Source: an uncultured virus (IMG/VR IMGVR_UViG_3300037458_000449)
Lineage: Duplodnaviria; Heunggongvirae; Uroviricota; Caudoviricetes
Strand: one strand, 5' to 3'
IMG/VR virus record: IMGVR_UViG_3300037458_000449
DNA: 64,000 bases
Each line of letters starts with the position of its first letter. Position 1 is the first letter of the stretch. Shown piece after piece: positions 28,140-41,400 of this stretch. The notes under the pieces were generated by a model, which was given only the letters and a program-made list of their open reading frames with translations, did no database searches and was not told the DNA's origin. The translations under genes and the position numbers were made by a program.

Positions 28140-29384
28140 ATGGCGCTTCGACAGCTGACCGAGGAAGAACTGCTTGCCGCCGCGCGCGGCCTCAATCCGC
28201 CGCTCAGCCGGTCGTCGGGTCCGATCAAGGCCGGCACGCCGAACGCCGAGCAGATGACGCACAAGCGGCCCGGCCCGCCGAGCGATCCGCCGCCGGCCAT
28301 GCCGCCGAAGGCCGAAGAAAAGCCGCCGCACGTCGTCAGGCAGGCGCCGCCGTCCGTCGTCGCGCGCAAGCCCGGCCCGCCGCCGGCAAAGGTCGCCGCC
28401 GAGAAGGGCATCGCTGCGCCGCCGGCGCCGATAGCCCCGGCTGTTCCCCGTGAAACCGAATCAGCCGCCCCCGCACAGGAAAAGCCGCTCGACCGGCATG
28501 CGTTCTCGTATCAGGCCCAGGTCGAGGCCATGGAGCGCAAGGCGATGGATCTCGGCCGTCCCGAGGAAGCCGCGCGCGTCCGCAGCGAGTACAACAAGCT
28601 GATCGACGGTCAGTTCCGCTCGATGGAGACGGACTACAAGACCAAGACCCTGCCGCAAGTGCAGGCGATTCAGAGTCAGCTGCTCGAGTACCAGGGCAAG
28701 CAACTGCCGCGCGAGCTCGTCATGAAGGCCCGCGACACGGTCAATCAGGCGGCGCAGCAGCAGCAGCAGATGCTCGGCTACCTCTACGGCCTCGCGCGCA
28801 ACGACGCCACCAAGGGCCTCGGCATCCAGTATTTCAACGAGTCCGACCTCATCGAGCCCGGCGTGAAGCTCGCCGATCTCGTCGTGAAGGACGGCATGCT
28901 GATCGGCGTTGACGCCGGCGGGCAGCCGGTCAACATGGCGAGCGGGCAGCCGTTCCAGTTCCCGATCGAGGCCGCCGAACAGCTGTATCGCGACCTTTTC
29001 GAGAACCCGAAGGAAGACGTACTCAAGCTCGGCGAGGGCGAAGTCGCCTACGACCGCACCAGCGGCCGCCAGATCGCGAGCAATCCCCGGAGCCCCGCGG
29101 GCACGCCGAGCGAACAGATGACGGCGAGCAAGCAGGCCGCCGACGTCATCGCGACGGAGTTCGGCGCGAAGCGCGACCCGGTCAGCAACATGATCGACCC
29201 CGACACGATCAAGGATCGCCCCGGCTACACGCGGGCGCTCGCCGAGGTCGAGGCGCTGGTGCGCGGAGGCATGCCGCCGCTGCAGGCCGCCGACACGGTC
29301 GCGCAGCGATTCCGTGGCGCGCAGGGCGCTACGCAACAGACGGGCGCGGCCGGTTACAGCGGCCCGCTGCCCTGGCGTCCGTAG
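28140..29384 (+). CDS. Putative internal virion (ejection) protein
   Basis: Helical, Q-rich; immediately before the giant gene. Confidence 0.65.
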   Translation: MALRQLTEEELLAAARGLNPPLSRSSGPIKAGTPNAEQMTHKRPGPPSDPPPAMPPKAEEKPPHVVRQAPPSVVARKPGPPPAKVAAEKGIAAPPAPIAPAVPRETESAAPAQEKPLDRHAFSYQAQVEAMERKAMDLGRPEEAARVRSEYNKLIDGQFRSMETDYKTKTLPQVQAIQSQLLEYQGKQLPRELVMKARDTVNQAAQQQQQMLGYLYGLARNDATKGLGIQYFNESDLIEPGVKLADLVVKDGMLIGVDAGGQPVNMASGQPFQFPIEAAEQLYRDLFENPKEDVLKLGEGEVAYDRTSGRQIASNPRSPAGTPSEQMTASKQAADVIATEFGAKRDPVSNMIDPDTIKDRPGYTRALAEVEALVRGGMPPLQAADTVAQRFRGAQGATQQTGAAGYSGPLPWRP

Positions 29385-29386
29385 AC

Positions 29387-29416
29387 CGCTCCAACTGCGC
29401 GGCCCGTCGATAGGCT
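29387..29416 (+). promoter_or_regulatory. Putative late promoter CGCTCCAAC-N15-TAGGCT
   Basis: Intergenic, upstream of the giant ORF. Confidence 0.72.
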
Positions 29417-29443
29417 GCAACCGTTCAACTGAGCGGTGCAGCC

Positions 29444-32400
29444 ATGGCCCAAACGGTCGCTGAGTACCTTCGTTCGCGCGGCATCAACAACGACCAGGGC
29501 GGCGAAGGGCCGACAACGGGCGATACGCTCGATCGAATCCTGCAGCGCCGCGGCTCGACGCGACTGGCAGGCGTGGCCCGTTCGATCTACGGGCAGGAAT
29601 CCAGCTACGGCGCTGCCGATACGTCGCAGCCGAACTCGTCCGACGTCCGCGGCCCCATGCAGGTCAAAGACACGACGTTCGCGCAGATGCAGCGTGAGGG
29701 GCGCATCCCGGCCAACTATCGCTGGGACAACCCCGAGCACAACACCGAGGCCGGCGTCGCCTACATCGAAATGCTGGCCGAGAAGACCGGCGGCGACCCG
29801 CGCAAGATCGCGCAGGGCTACTACGGCGGCCCCGGCGCGATCGGTAAGGAATCCCGTCGCGACCCGCGCAACCCGAGCGCGCCGACCGTCGGCCAGTATG
29901 GCGACGAGGTCGTTTCCCGCATGGGCGTCACGGGCCCGGCACGCGCGACGGCCCCGAGCGGCGCAATGTCGCCGTGGCAGTACCTCGAGCAGCAGCGCAA
30001 CGCGAGCCGCGCCGCGCCGTCGGTCGATCTCGAGAAAGCCGTAGTCGAGGAACGGGCGCAGCAGACCGCGGAGCCAGGCGGCCCGGCGATGACGTGGGAT
30101 CAGGTCGTGCAGCATGAGGCCTGGCTCAAGGCCGACAGCGACACCCGCGAGCAGATCCGCGAGCGGTACTGGCAGGACGAGGTCGCGCCGCGCATCCCCG
30201 CCGACCAGCAGGCCGCGGCCCGCAAGCTGTTCGATCAGGACACAAACCCGAGCCTCGCGCGCCGCATCGGCGATGCAGGCCGGGCGATCGCCGGCGGCGC
30301 GATTCAGGGCGTCGGCATGACCGTCCGCGGCGCGGGCGAAATGATGCGCGAGGGCGCGCAGCCGATCGCCGCTGGCATTGCCGCCCTGGGCGGCCCCGAA
30401 ATCACCCCGATCAACCCGCTCGATGGGGCAGCAAACGCCATCGAGGGCTACAGCCAGGGCGTGCTCGACAGCCGCAGCCTCGCGAGCCAGATGGCGCAGC
30501 AGCAGTCCACGCCCGAGGGCGACGTCAGCGACCCGGCGACGTGGTCGATGGGTCAGGATCCGTCGCTGGGCGGCTACATCCAGCACGGCGCCGTCATCCT
30601 CGGCCAGTTCGCGCCGATCATTGCCAGCGTCGCGCTGACCAAGAACCTGCCGGTTGCCGGCCAGGTGGCGGTCGCCGGCGGCCTCGGTGGCGCGCAGGGC
30701 GGCGGTGCAGCGGCGCAGCAGGCCCGCGAGACGATCGAGGGCATGGACGAGGCCGAGCTCGCCAAGGAGTCGTCCTACTATCGCCAGCTGCGCGAACGCC
30801 TCGGGCATGAGCAGGCCAAGGCGATGACGGCGGCCGAGGCTGCCAAGTGGGCCTTCCGCATCACCCTGCCCGTCTCGGCGGCCGGCGGCGCCGCCACGGG
30901 CGCGATCCTCTCGCCAGCGGTTCGCCTGGGCGCGGGCCTCGTCGGCGGATCCTACGTCGGTAACATGGCGCTGCGCGGCACGGCGAGCGCCATCGAGGAA
31001 GGCCTGCAGGAAACCGGCGAAGGCATTGCGACCGAACAGGGCATCAACGTCGGCGCCGGCACCGAGCGCGACGTCATGGCGGGCAGCTTCCCGAACGCCG
31101 TCCTGGGCGCAATAGGAGGCGCTACTCCGGGCGCTGGCTCCGGCGCACTCGCAGCCCATGCCGAGCGCGCGCGCCAGGCAGCGGCCAACCTGCGCGGCCA
31201 GCCGACCGTTTCGCCGGCACCCACGAACCCGCAGACCGGACCCGCTACGCCGCCCCCGGCTGGCGGCCCGACACCGCCCCCGGCAGGCGGTGGTCCGCGT
31301 CCGGCTGGCCCGACGAGCCCCGAGGGCCCGATTCCGGCCGAGGAAGTGCTCGGCCCCGTGCTCGACGGCGGCCCGGCCGCCCCCGAACCCGCTCCGGCGA
31401 CCGCCCCCCCCTTGGCGCCGTCTCCTGTCGCTGCTACCAACGGACCAGCGCAGGAGGCGGCGCCTCTTTTGGAGGATGCCGAGCAAGGCGGCAGCCGTTA
31501 CAATAAGGGACATGAACAAGCGAACAGGCCTAACGCGGAAGTTCCCGGCCGAGTACCGAACGTATCGGTGGATGATCCGTCGGTGCCGGGATCAAAATCT
31601 GCGGATATACGCGGAGTACGGGGGCAGAGGGATCAAGGTCTGCCGGCGGTGGACGGAGAGCTTCGCCCACTTCCTGACAGATATGGGACCGCGTCCGGCG
31701 CCGCTGATGTCGCTGGACAGAATCGACCCGAACGGCCACTACGAGCCGGCGAATTGCCGGTGGGCGACCGCGCAGCAGCAAGCGGCGAACCGGAGGTTTT
31801 GCCGGATCGTGGAGTTTCGTGGTCAGCGGATGACCGTACAGGAGGCGGCGAGACTGGCGGGAGTGCCGCCGATGACATTCCGACAACGGGTGTTACGGCA
31901 GGGACTCGACCCGGAGCGAGCGGCGACGCTGGGCCGACTCCCTTATCGTCGGGACTCGAAATTCCTGACGCACAACGGGGTAACGATGGCCGTGCCGGAG
32001 TGGGCTCGCCACCTGGGAATCAGAGTGCGGACGCTTCGGGAGCGGATTCGCAGGGGGGCGCCCCTCGAGCGAGTATTACGACAGGGATTGATGCGGCGGC
32101 CCATGAAGCAGCTACATCCCCTCTGAATGATCGACCAGAACCGACGCAAGCTCAGAAAGAAGCGGGGAATTACAAGGTCGGAAGGGTCCGCGTTCAGGGC
32201 CTCGACATCAGCATCGAGAACCCCAAGGGCAGCGAGCGCAAAGGCGTCAGCAAGGACGGCAAGCCGTGGTCCACGGTCATGCCCGGCCACTACGGGTACA
32301 TCAAGGGCACGGTCGGCAAGGACAAAGACCACATCGACGTGACGCTGGGCGATGCGCCCGACGACACCTCGCGCCCGATCTTCGTGTTCAACCAAGCTGA

Positions 32401-35400
32401 TGCCGGTTCCGGCAAGTTTGACGAGCACAAGACCTTCATGGGTTACGCTGACATCGACGCGGCACGCAAGGCGTATCGCGAGTCGTTTAGCGGCAAGCTC
32501 GGCCGGAAGATGGAGAACAACCTTCTCGGCATCGCCAAGTTCACGCCCGAGCAGTTCAAGGAATGGCTGGCCAGCGGCGACCACAAGAAGCCAGCGCAGA
32601 CGCCTACAACCGCGAAACCAACGCAAGCAATCGCGGAAACCGAAACCGCCAATGCTGCCGAGGAAGTAACCCCGCCCGCCCGATCGCTGTACGTCGAATG
32701 GAACGGGCGGCGGCATGCGGTAGCCAGCGTCGAAGATGCGCAAGCCAAGTGGGCTGAGTTCCGCGATCGTAGCGCCGCGGGCGCGAGCGAGATTGGCAGT
32801 AACCTCGAGGTCAAGGATTCCACCGGGGCGATCGTCGCGCACATCACCTACAACGGACGCGCTTGGACGCCCGAGGAATGGGCGGCGAGGAACAAGCCGA
32901 AGGATGAGGCGCCGAAGGCGAAAGACCCGCTGGGGGCGACAGGGCCGGAGGCGGCCGGATGGTCAGCGTTCCAGGAAGGGAAGCCGCGAGTGCCGCCAGA
33001 CTGGACCAAAGGCCCAGCGGCAAAGAAATGGCTCCAAGGGTGGGACCGCGCCAACATTGCGGCGCCAGTCCCCGACGAAACCTCAGCCGAGGCACCGACT
33101 CCGTCACCCAATACGATCTTCACTGAGGACGCCGCCGAAAAGGCTCGAGCGATCCTGCGGGCCAAGCTCGGCCAGGCAAATGCCGGGCTTGATCCGGAAC
33201 TGGTGCAGGCCGGCATCACACTGGCTGGCTACCACGTCGAGAAGGGCGCACGGACCTTTGCCGCCTACGCCAAAGCGATGGTCGGCGACCTCGGCGACAT
33301 TGTGAAACCCTACTTGAAGTCATGGTACGCGGCACTCGCTTTCGACCCGCGTGCCGAGGCCTTTGCCTCGGAAATGACCCCGGTCGGCGAACTGGCTGCA
33401 CTGAATGTTGACGCGCTGCTGTCCGAGGCGCCCGCGGTGGACGCGGAGCCAAGTCCGGCGCAGAATGGAGACGCAGATGCAAACGCTACTGAAACCGAAC
33501 AGCTACCCGCCGGAGATCCGAGAGCAACTCCGGTTGATGACGCCGCTCGCGACGGAGATCGCGAACAGGTGGATGCTGGGCTGGCCGAAGTCGGTCGCGT
33601 CCCTGATCGAGGACGGGGCGTACCTGGAGACACTGCGGGAGCAGGAGAAGCAGGAACTGGACGTGTACAGCCAGCCGGGGAACGATCACCTCGCGCGCCA
33701 CGAGATAGCGGAACTGTACGGCCTGAGTCCGGCCCCACCGACGCTGGGCTGACCGACCACTCCCTCGCCGATACCGACCTCGGCAAGGGTTCCCTCACGC
33801 AGAAGTACCGCGACAACATCGCGGCCATCCGCATCCTGCGCGCGATGGAGGCGGAACAGCGCATCGCCACGCCCGAAGAACGGGCCGCGATTGCCAAGTA
33901 CGTCGGTTGGGGCGCGCTCAAGGGCGTGTTCGACCCCAACAACAAGACTTGGGCAAAGCAGCACGCCGAACTCAAGGGGCTGCTGACGGAGGCCGAGTGG
34001 AAGGCCGCGCGCGCGTCGATTTTGAACGCGCACTACACCTCGAAGACCGTGGTCGAGGCGATGTTCTCGGCGCTCGATGCGTTGGGCTTCAAGCGGGGCC
34101 GGGTGCTCGAGCCGTCGGTTGGCGTCGGCAACTTCTTCGGCCTCATGCCGCCGTCAATGCGGACCAACTCGCAGTTGCACGGCGTCGAACTCGACTCGTT
34201 GACGGCGAAGATTGCCGCGGCGCTCTACCCGAGCGCGAAGGTCAAGCAATCCGGCTTCGAGGCGTTCGACATCCCGAGCGGCTACTTCGACCTTGCGATC
34301 GGCAACCCGCCCTTTGGCAGCGAGGCGATCGTGGACGATGCGCGCTCGCCCTACAGCGGCTTCTCGATCCACAACTACTTCTTTGCCAAGAGTATCGACA
34401 AGCTGCGGCCCGGCGGCCTGCTGACGATGGTCGTCTCGCACAGCTTCATGGACGCGAAGAACGAGACTGCGCGGCAGTGGATCGCCGACCGGGCGGACCT
34501 CGTAAGCGCCGTACGCCTGCCAAACACCGCGTTCAAGGAGAACGCCGGGACCGAAGTCGTCACCGACATCCTCGTGTTCCAGCGGCGCGACGGTGCAGCC
34601 CCGCGCAAGCCGTCCTGGGTGACGCCGGTCGAGCAGTCCGTGACGGACCCGAAGACGGGCGAGACGGCGAAAGCGTGGGTCAACCCCTACTTCGTGGAGA
34701 ACCCCACCAACGTGCTCGGCACGCCGAGCGCGGGCGGCACCATGTACCGCGCGGGCGAGTACACGGTCGAGCCGGTCGAAGGCTGGCAGGGGAAACTGAA
34801 AGAGTGGGCCAAGGCGCTCCCGGCCGTCTATACGCCGATCAACCGCACAGAGGAAATGAGCGCGGCCAACTACGAAGTGCCCGACGGCCTCAAGGTCGGC
34901 TCGTTCTTCGTGGATGGACAGGGCAACGTGCGCCAGCGCGGCACCGGCCATTTGGGCGAGCGCACGGCCGAAGTCTGGAACCCGCCGAACGCGCGGGCTG
35001 CCGAGCGCATGAAAGGCATGATTGAATTGCGCGACCTGCTGCGCAGCCAAATTCGCCTCGAGCGATCGGCCGATGCGACCGAGACGCAGATCGAGGAGAA
35101 CCGCAAGCGTCTGAACGGCCGCTACGATGCGTTCCTCAAAAAGAACGGACACCTCAACTCGCCCACCAACCGGCGCGTGTTCATCCACGACACCGAGGCG
35201 CCGCTTCTGCTCGCGCTCGAGTTCGACTTTGACCGCGGCATTTCCAAGGCCATCGCCGAGCGGGACGGCATCGATGCGCGCGACCCGAGCGCCAAGAAAG
35301 CCGACATCCTGCAACGGCGCGTGCTCTTTCCGCCGTCCGACAACATCAAGGTCGCCTCGGCCCAGGATGCGCTCCTCGCGAGCCTCAACTACAAGGGCGC

Positions 35401-38400
35401 GGTCGATCTTGAGTACATGGCGCGCGTCTTCCCCGAAAAGTCGGCCGAGGAAATCGAGGCCGAGTTGGGCGATACGATCTTCCGCGATCCGCAGGCCGGG
35501 CTCGTCACGGCCGACGAGTACCTGTCCGGAGACGTGAAGACCAAGCTCACCGAAGCCGAGGCGGCCGCCAAGGGCGACCCGGCCTACCAGCGCAACGCCG
35601 AAGCACTGACGAAAGTCATCCCGCGCGACAAGGGGCCGAGCGAAATCAGCGTGCAGTTGGGCGCGAACTTCCTCCCGCCAGCGATCTACGAGGCGTTCGG
35701 CAAGCACGTCAGCGGGCGCGACTTCACGATCCGCTACGGCGCCGGCCAGTGGTTCATCGACCAGACCGGCTATGCCGACCCGTCGCTTAACGAGGGCAAG
35801 TACGGCATCCGCGAAATGACGGCCGTCGAGATATTCGACCACTCGATGAGCGGGCGCGGTGTCGTCGTGAAGGAAACCGTCCGCCACTCCGACGGATCGA
35901 CCACGACCTTCGTCAAGGAGCGCGAGACCGAACTCGCGCGCGAGAAGCAGTCGGCGATGAAGGCCGAGTGGAAGGCATGGCTGTGGGGCGACCCGGAGCG
36001 GGCGGCCGAAGTTGCCCGTCTCTACAACGAAAAGTTGAACCGCATCGTGCCGCGCAAGTTCGACGGCTCGCACATGACCTTCCCCGGCATGAGCCCCGCC
36101 GTGACCCTGCTCGCGCACCAGAAGAACGGTGTGTGGCGCGGACTGCAAGCGCGTCAGGTGCTCTACGATCACGTCGTCGGCGCCGGCAAGACGTTCCAGA
36201 TGGCAACACTTGCCATGGAGGCCCGGCGCTTAGGTATCGCGCGCAAGCCCCTGTTCGTCGTTCCGAACCACCTGACGCTGCAATGGCGGCAGGAGTTCTA
36301 CAAGCTCTACCCGAGCGCATACATTCTCGTCGCCGAACCGGACGACTTCTCCAAGGGCAACCGCGAGAGGTTTTTTTCCAAGATCGCCACGGGCGACTGG
36401 GATGCGGTCGTCGTCGGCCACTCCTCCCTCAAGAAGATCCCGCTGCCGGATGCCACCGAGCAGGCGATATTCGAGGAGCAGATCGAGGAAATCTCCAACG
36501 CCATCGAGCAACTGAAAACCGAACGCGGCGACCGCCACATCCTGCGCGACATGGAGCGGATCAAGAAGAACTTGCAGGCCAAGATGCAGGAGCGCGCCAA
36601 CGCGCGCGGCACCCGCGACAACGTGCTGTCCTTTGACGAACTCGGCATCGACGGCGTGTTCATCGATGAAATGCACGAGTTCAAGAACCTGTTTTACAAC
36701 TCGCGCATGGACCGCACGGCCGGCATGGGCAACCCCGCAGGCTCGGCCAAGGCGTTCGATCTGTTCGTGAAACTGCGCTGGCTCACCGATACTCTCGGGC
36801 CGAAGGCGCTGCTCGTGACGGCGACCGGCACCCCGGTCAGCAACTCCCTGGTCGAGATGTACACCATGCAGCGGTACATGCAGTACCAGACCCTCAAGGG
36901 GCTCGATCTGCATGTGTTCGATGCGTGGGCGGCGCAGTTCGGCGAAGTCGAGCACGTCTACGAGGTGAAGCCCTCGGGCGTTGGCTACCGGCAGAGCAAC
37001 CGCTTCTCCAAGTTCGCCAACCTGCCGGCGCTCATGGCGCTCTACAACTCGTTCGCCGACACCATCACGCTCGAGGACTTGAAGGGACAGGAGGAGGCGC
37101 AGGGCCGTCGCTTCCCGGTCCCGAAGATCGCCACGGGCCGCCCGGTCAACGTCGTCGCCCAGCGATCCCCGCGCGTCGCCGATTTCATGGGCGTGCCGCA
37201 GGTGCAGCGCAACGAGAATGGGGATCTTGCCTTCAAGTGGCAGCCTGGCGAATGGGACATCACCAAGGACGAGGCGACCGGCAAGTTCAAGGCGAAGATC
37301 CGCGACGAAGGCGCCCAGCACTGGTACGAGGCGGGCACCTATGAAACGGAGGCCGATGCCAAGGCGGCGCTCGTCGCCCGTGCGCTGGCCCCGGTCATCA
37401 CGGTCAGGCCCGAGTCCATCCTCGGCCAGTTCGAGAACCTGAAGCAACTCACGGCGCAGACCAAGGGACGCATCAATGCGCTCTCGTTGACGGGCCTCGC
37501 CAACAAGGCCGGGCTCGACTACCGGCTGATTGACCCCTCGGCGCCGGACTTCGCCGGATCGAAGATCAACCTTGCGGTCGAACGAATCGTCGCGGCCCAC
37601 AAGAAATGGCGGGCCGACAAGGGTGCGCAGCTCGTATTCTGTGACCTGTCGGTGCCGCTCAGTGCGCGCACCGCGCTCGCCGCAAAGGAGAAGTTCGCCT
37701 ACGTTCGCGGCTCCGACGGCACGATCGAGCGGGTTCGCGCAACGCTCCACACCGTCGAAGGCGTCGAGCAGTTGCCGTATTTCATGGTCGCCCGCGGCAA
37801 AGGAAGCGACCGCACCGTGGCGGTCTACGATGCAGACACGGGCCTTCGCGTACAGGATGGGTTCCGCGACCGCGGCGCCGCACGGACGTTCGTGGAGGAC
37901 ATGCTGGGCGACGCGGAGAAGCGCCAGCGATGGCTCGATGCGCGCATGGGCCGACCCGAACTGACGCAGGACGAGATTGACGAGTTCAACGACGCGAACG
38001 ACATCGACACCGAGGAAGTGCCCTACATCACGCTCGAGGACATCGCGGGCACGGCGGGCGCCTCGGCGTTCAGCGTCTACGATGACATCAAGGCCAAACT
38101 CGTCGCGGCGGGCATTCCTGAGCGGGAAGTCGCCTTCATCCACGACTACGACACGCCCGCAGCCAAGGCCAAACTGTTCGCCGCCGTCAACGCGGGTCGG
38201 GTGCGCGCGCTCCTGGGCTCGACCCCGAAGATGGGCGCCGGCACGAACGTGCAGAAGCGCCTCGTTGCGCTCCACCACATCGATGCGCCCTGGCGCCCGT
38301 CCGACCTCGAGCAGCGCGAGGGCCGCATCGTCCGGCGCGGCAATGACCTTTACGAGCGCGACCCCGACGGGTTCGAGGTGGAGATTTACCGCTACGCCAC

Positions 38401-41400
38401 CGACCAGACCTACGACACGCGCCGATGGCAGATCCTTGAGCACAAGGCGCGCGGTATCGAGCAGTTGCGCAAGTACGACGGCACGACAAACGAGATTGAC
38501 GACATCGAAGGGGAAGCCGCCAACGCCGCCGACATGAAGGCCGCGGCCTCCGGCGACCCGATGATTCTGGAGGAGACGCGCCTCAAGACCGAAATCAAGC
38601 GGCTGGAGAACGTGCAGGCGGCCCACGCCGACACGCAGATGAGCCTCGTCCGAAAAGCTGCCTCGATGGAGAACGAGGCGACGGGATGGCTTCCGAAGGT
38701 GATTAACGGGCTGGAACAACTCGTTGCCAAGACGGAGCCTAAGCCGGAGAAGGGCTTTGCGGGCATGACGGTCGAAGGCACCAAATATGCCGCGAAGGAC
38801 GATGCCGGGAAGGCGCTCGGTGAGCGCGTGGCGACGGCCGTCGCGAGCATCGACCCGGCTGCACCGCGCAAAGCCATCCGCGTCAGCCTCAAGTACCGCG
38901 GCCATAGTTTCAGCGTGGACGTATTCAAGCCTGCATTTGAAGGCGGGCAGCCCAGCATCGAACTGAATGGGCCGGATGGCCCCGTCTCCCTGTACAGTTG
39001 GAGCGACGTGTTCTCGGCGACGGGTGCGATTCAGCGGCTGGACAACTACCTCGATCGGTTGCCGTCCGAAATCGATTACAACCGCGAGAAGATCAAGAAG
39101 AACCTTGCCGATGCCGTGAAACTGCGCGAGGAGGCGAAGACGCCATTCGGTCAGGCCGATGCATTGGCCGAGGTACGCTCGCAGTATCGGCGCGTGCAGC
39201 AGGCGTTGATGGCCAAAGGCCCGTCGGTGCCGGCGGAACAGATCGCATCGCTCAAGGCGGCCACCGAGGCGCAGAAGAAGGCTATCCGCAAGGCAGGCTT
39301 GGGCAAGACGCTGGCCGAGATCATGCCCGGCGAGCCCGATGAGGGCGCGGCGTCCGAGGCGCCGAAGCCGCGCCGCCGGCTTGACCAGCGTGCCCTGCGC
39401 GAAGGCCGGGAGCAGCCGGAGATGCCGACCCTGAGTGTGCGCGGCGATTCTGTCTTCTCCCGCCGTGCTGCGCCGGCCGAGCAGACGGGCGCGAGCGTTG
39501 CCCAGGTCTACCGCTGGCTCAAGCAGCAACCGCTGTTCGACCGGGTCCATGTGGTGAAGGACGTTGCGGGCCTGCGCCGCGTCGTCGGCGATCCCAATAT
39601 TTTCCCCGACACCGAGGGCTACTACCGACTCGGCGACGACAAGGTGTATCTGGTCGCCTCGATGATCCCCGATCTGGCGACGGCCGAGACGCTGTATCGC
39701 CATGAGGTCGAGGGACACCTGGCGGTCGAGCTCTACGGCGACATACAGGCCGCGGTCGGCGACGTGCTGGCAGCCAAGAACAGCGCGGCGATCGCGCCCC
39801 TGTGGGCCGAGGTTGCGAAGACGCAGCCGAACCTGCCCCCGAAGATGCACGCCCGCGAGGTCATCGCGCTGGTGGCCGAGCGCGGCACCAAGTTCCCGGC
39901 GGTCGATCGCCTCGTCGGTCGGGTGCGGGCCCTGCTACGCAAGCTCGGCATCACGCTCAAGTTCAGCGAGGCCGACATCCGCGGCATCGTGGCAAACGCG
40001 GCCAGGGCGGCGGCCAAGGGCGGGCCGAGGGGCCCGCGCGGCGGGCAGCAAGCCGTGGCCTCTCGCATGGGTGCGAATCTCTACTACGGCGAGGCGGCAA
40101 ACAGCGCGTGGGATGGGCTCGGCTACTTCCTGTCCGAAGCCCTCTCGCGGATGAGCGGCACCCGCAAGCCGCCGACGTGGGCCGACTGGCAGCGCACCGT
40201 CCGCGAGGCGCTGCGTGACGCGCCGGCCGGGTCGGCAGAGCACGCGGCTCTCAGTAAGCTGCTCGAGTCGCTGAGTGACGAGGTCGTGCTGCGGAACCTG
40301 CGCAACTACCATCGTGCGTGGAACCGCGAAAGCGTTGGCGGGGTCGATTCGGCCGGCAAGGCGATCGCCAAGGCCATCGGCGCCCGGTGGGAGGCGCTGG
40401 CCGACGGCAATGAGGACTACGATCCGCCCGTGGTGTTCCGCCGCGGCGGCCAGCGCGCCCCCGCCTCGCTCGACCATACCGGCCTGATCGACGCTGCGTT
40501 CAAGCACCTGGGCGGCAAGCAGTTCGGGCGCCTCATCACGTCGCCGCTGTACGACCGGCTGATCCGCGCCGGCAGCGCCGTGATCCCCGAGAAGGTGAAG
40601 CAGGGCCTCGTCGCCGACTACGGGCTCCCCGAGCCGTACCTCGACGCGAAGATCGACAAGCAGGCAGCCGTGAACCGGGTGCTTCGCAAGACCAAGAACC
40701 TGGTCGAAATGCTCGCCGGCCTCGATCGCGAGCAGTCGCGCGTCGCCTACCTGTGGATGAACGAGAAGCCCGACACGGACCTCGAGGCTCACCTGTTGAG
40801 CCAGCTGCCCGCGGACAGCCGGGAAGTCATGCAGCGCATGAAGGAAATGGTGGACGAGCTCGGCCGCCAGGCTGTCGAGGTCGGGCTGCTGACGCAGGAC
40901 TCCTACGACCGCAACGCCATGGCGTACCTGCACCGCAGCTACAAGGTCCACATGACCACCAAGGGCGAGTCGGTGAAGGCCCGCCACAAGAAGAACGCCA
41001 GCATCCGCGCCGACAACTACAAGGGCCGCGGCATCCGCGACAACGTCGATCCGGCGAGCCTGGGCGAGTTCCAGCTCGGCGACAAGCGGCTGCGCATCGA
41101 ACTGCGCGGCCCGCGCGGCGGCTTGCGCGAAGTCCGCTACATCGAACTCGACGCCCCGGTGCCGGACGGCTGGACGGCTGACGGCGAATGGGAAGTCCGC
41201 TGGCAGGATCAGCGGCCCGGCCAGGGCGAGGTCGTCGGCATGTGGCGCGACCTGACGCCCGACGAGCGCCAGCGGCTCGGCGAGGTCGAGGAAGTCCGCT
41301 ACGCCTTCGCGAAGACCATGCTCAACGCGATCCACGACATCGAGAACCAGAAGTTCCTCGCGTGGGTCGGCGACGAGTACGGTGTCGATCCGGCCGGCAT

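Noticed and set aside
31158..31511. N-terminal extension of the nested HNH ORF given in the track (322 aa)
   Set aside because: Arg/Pro-rich off-frame sequence; the RBS and domain start point to ATG 31512.
33907..35025. 372-aa alternative-frame ORF as a third nested gene
   Set aside because: Arg-rich shadow overlying the conserved MTase domain, with no protein-like motifs.
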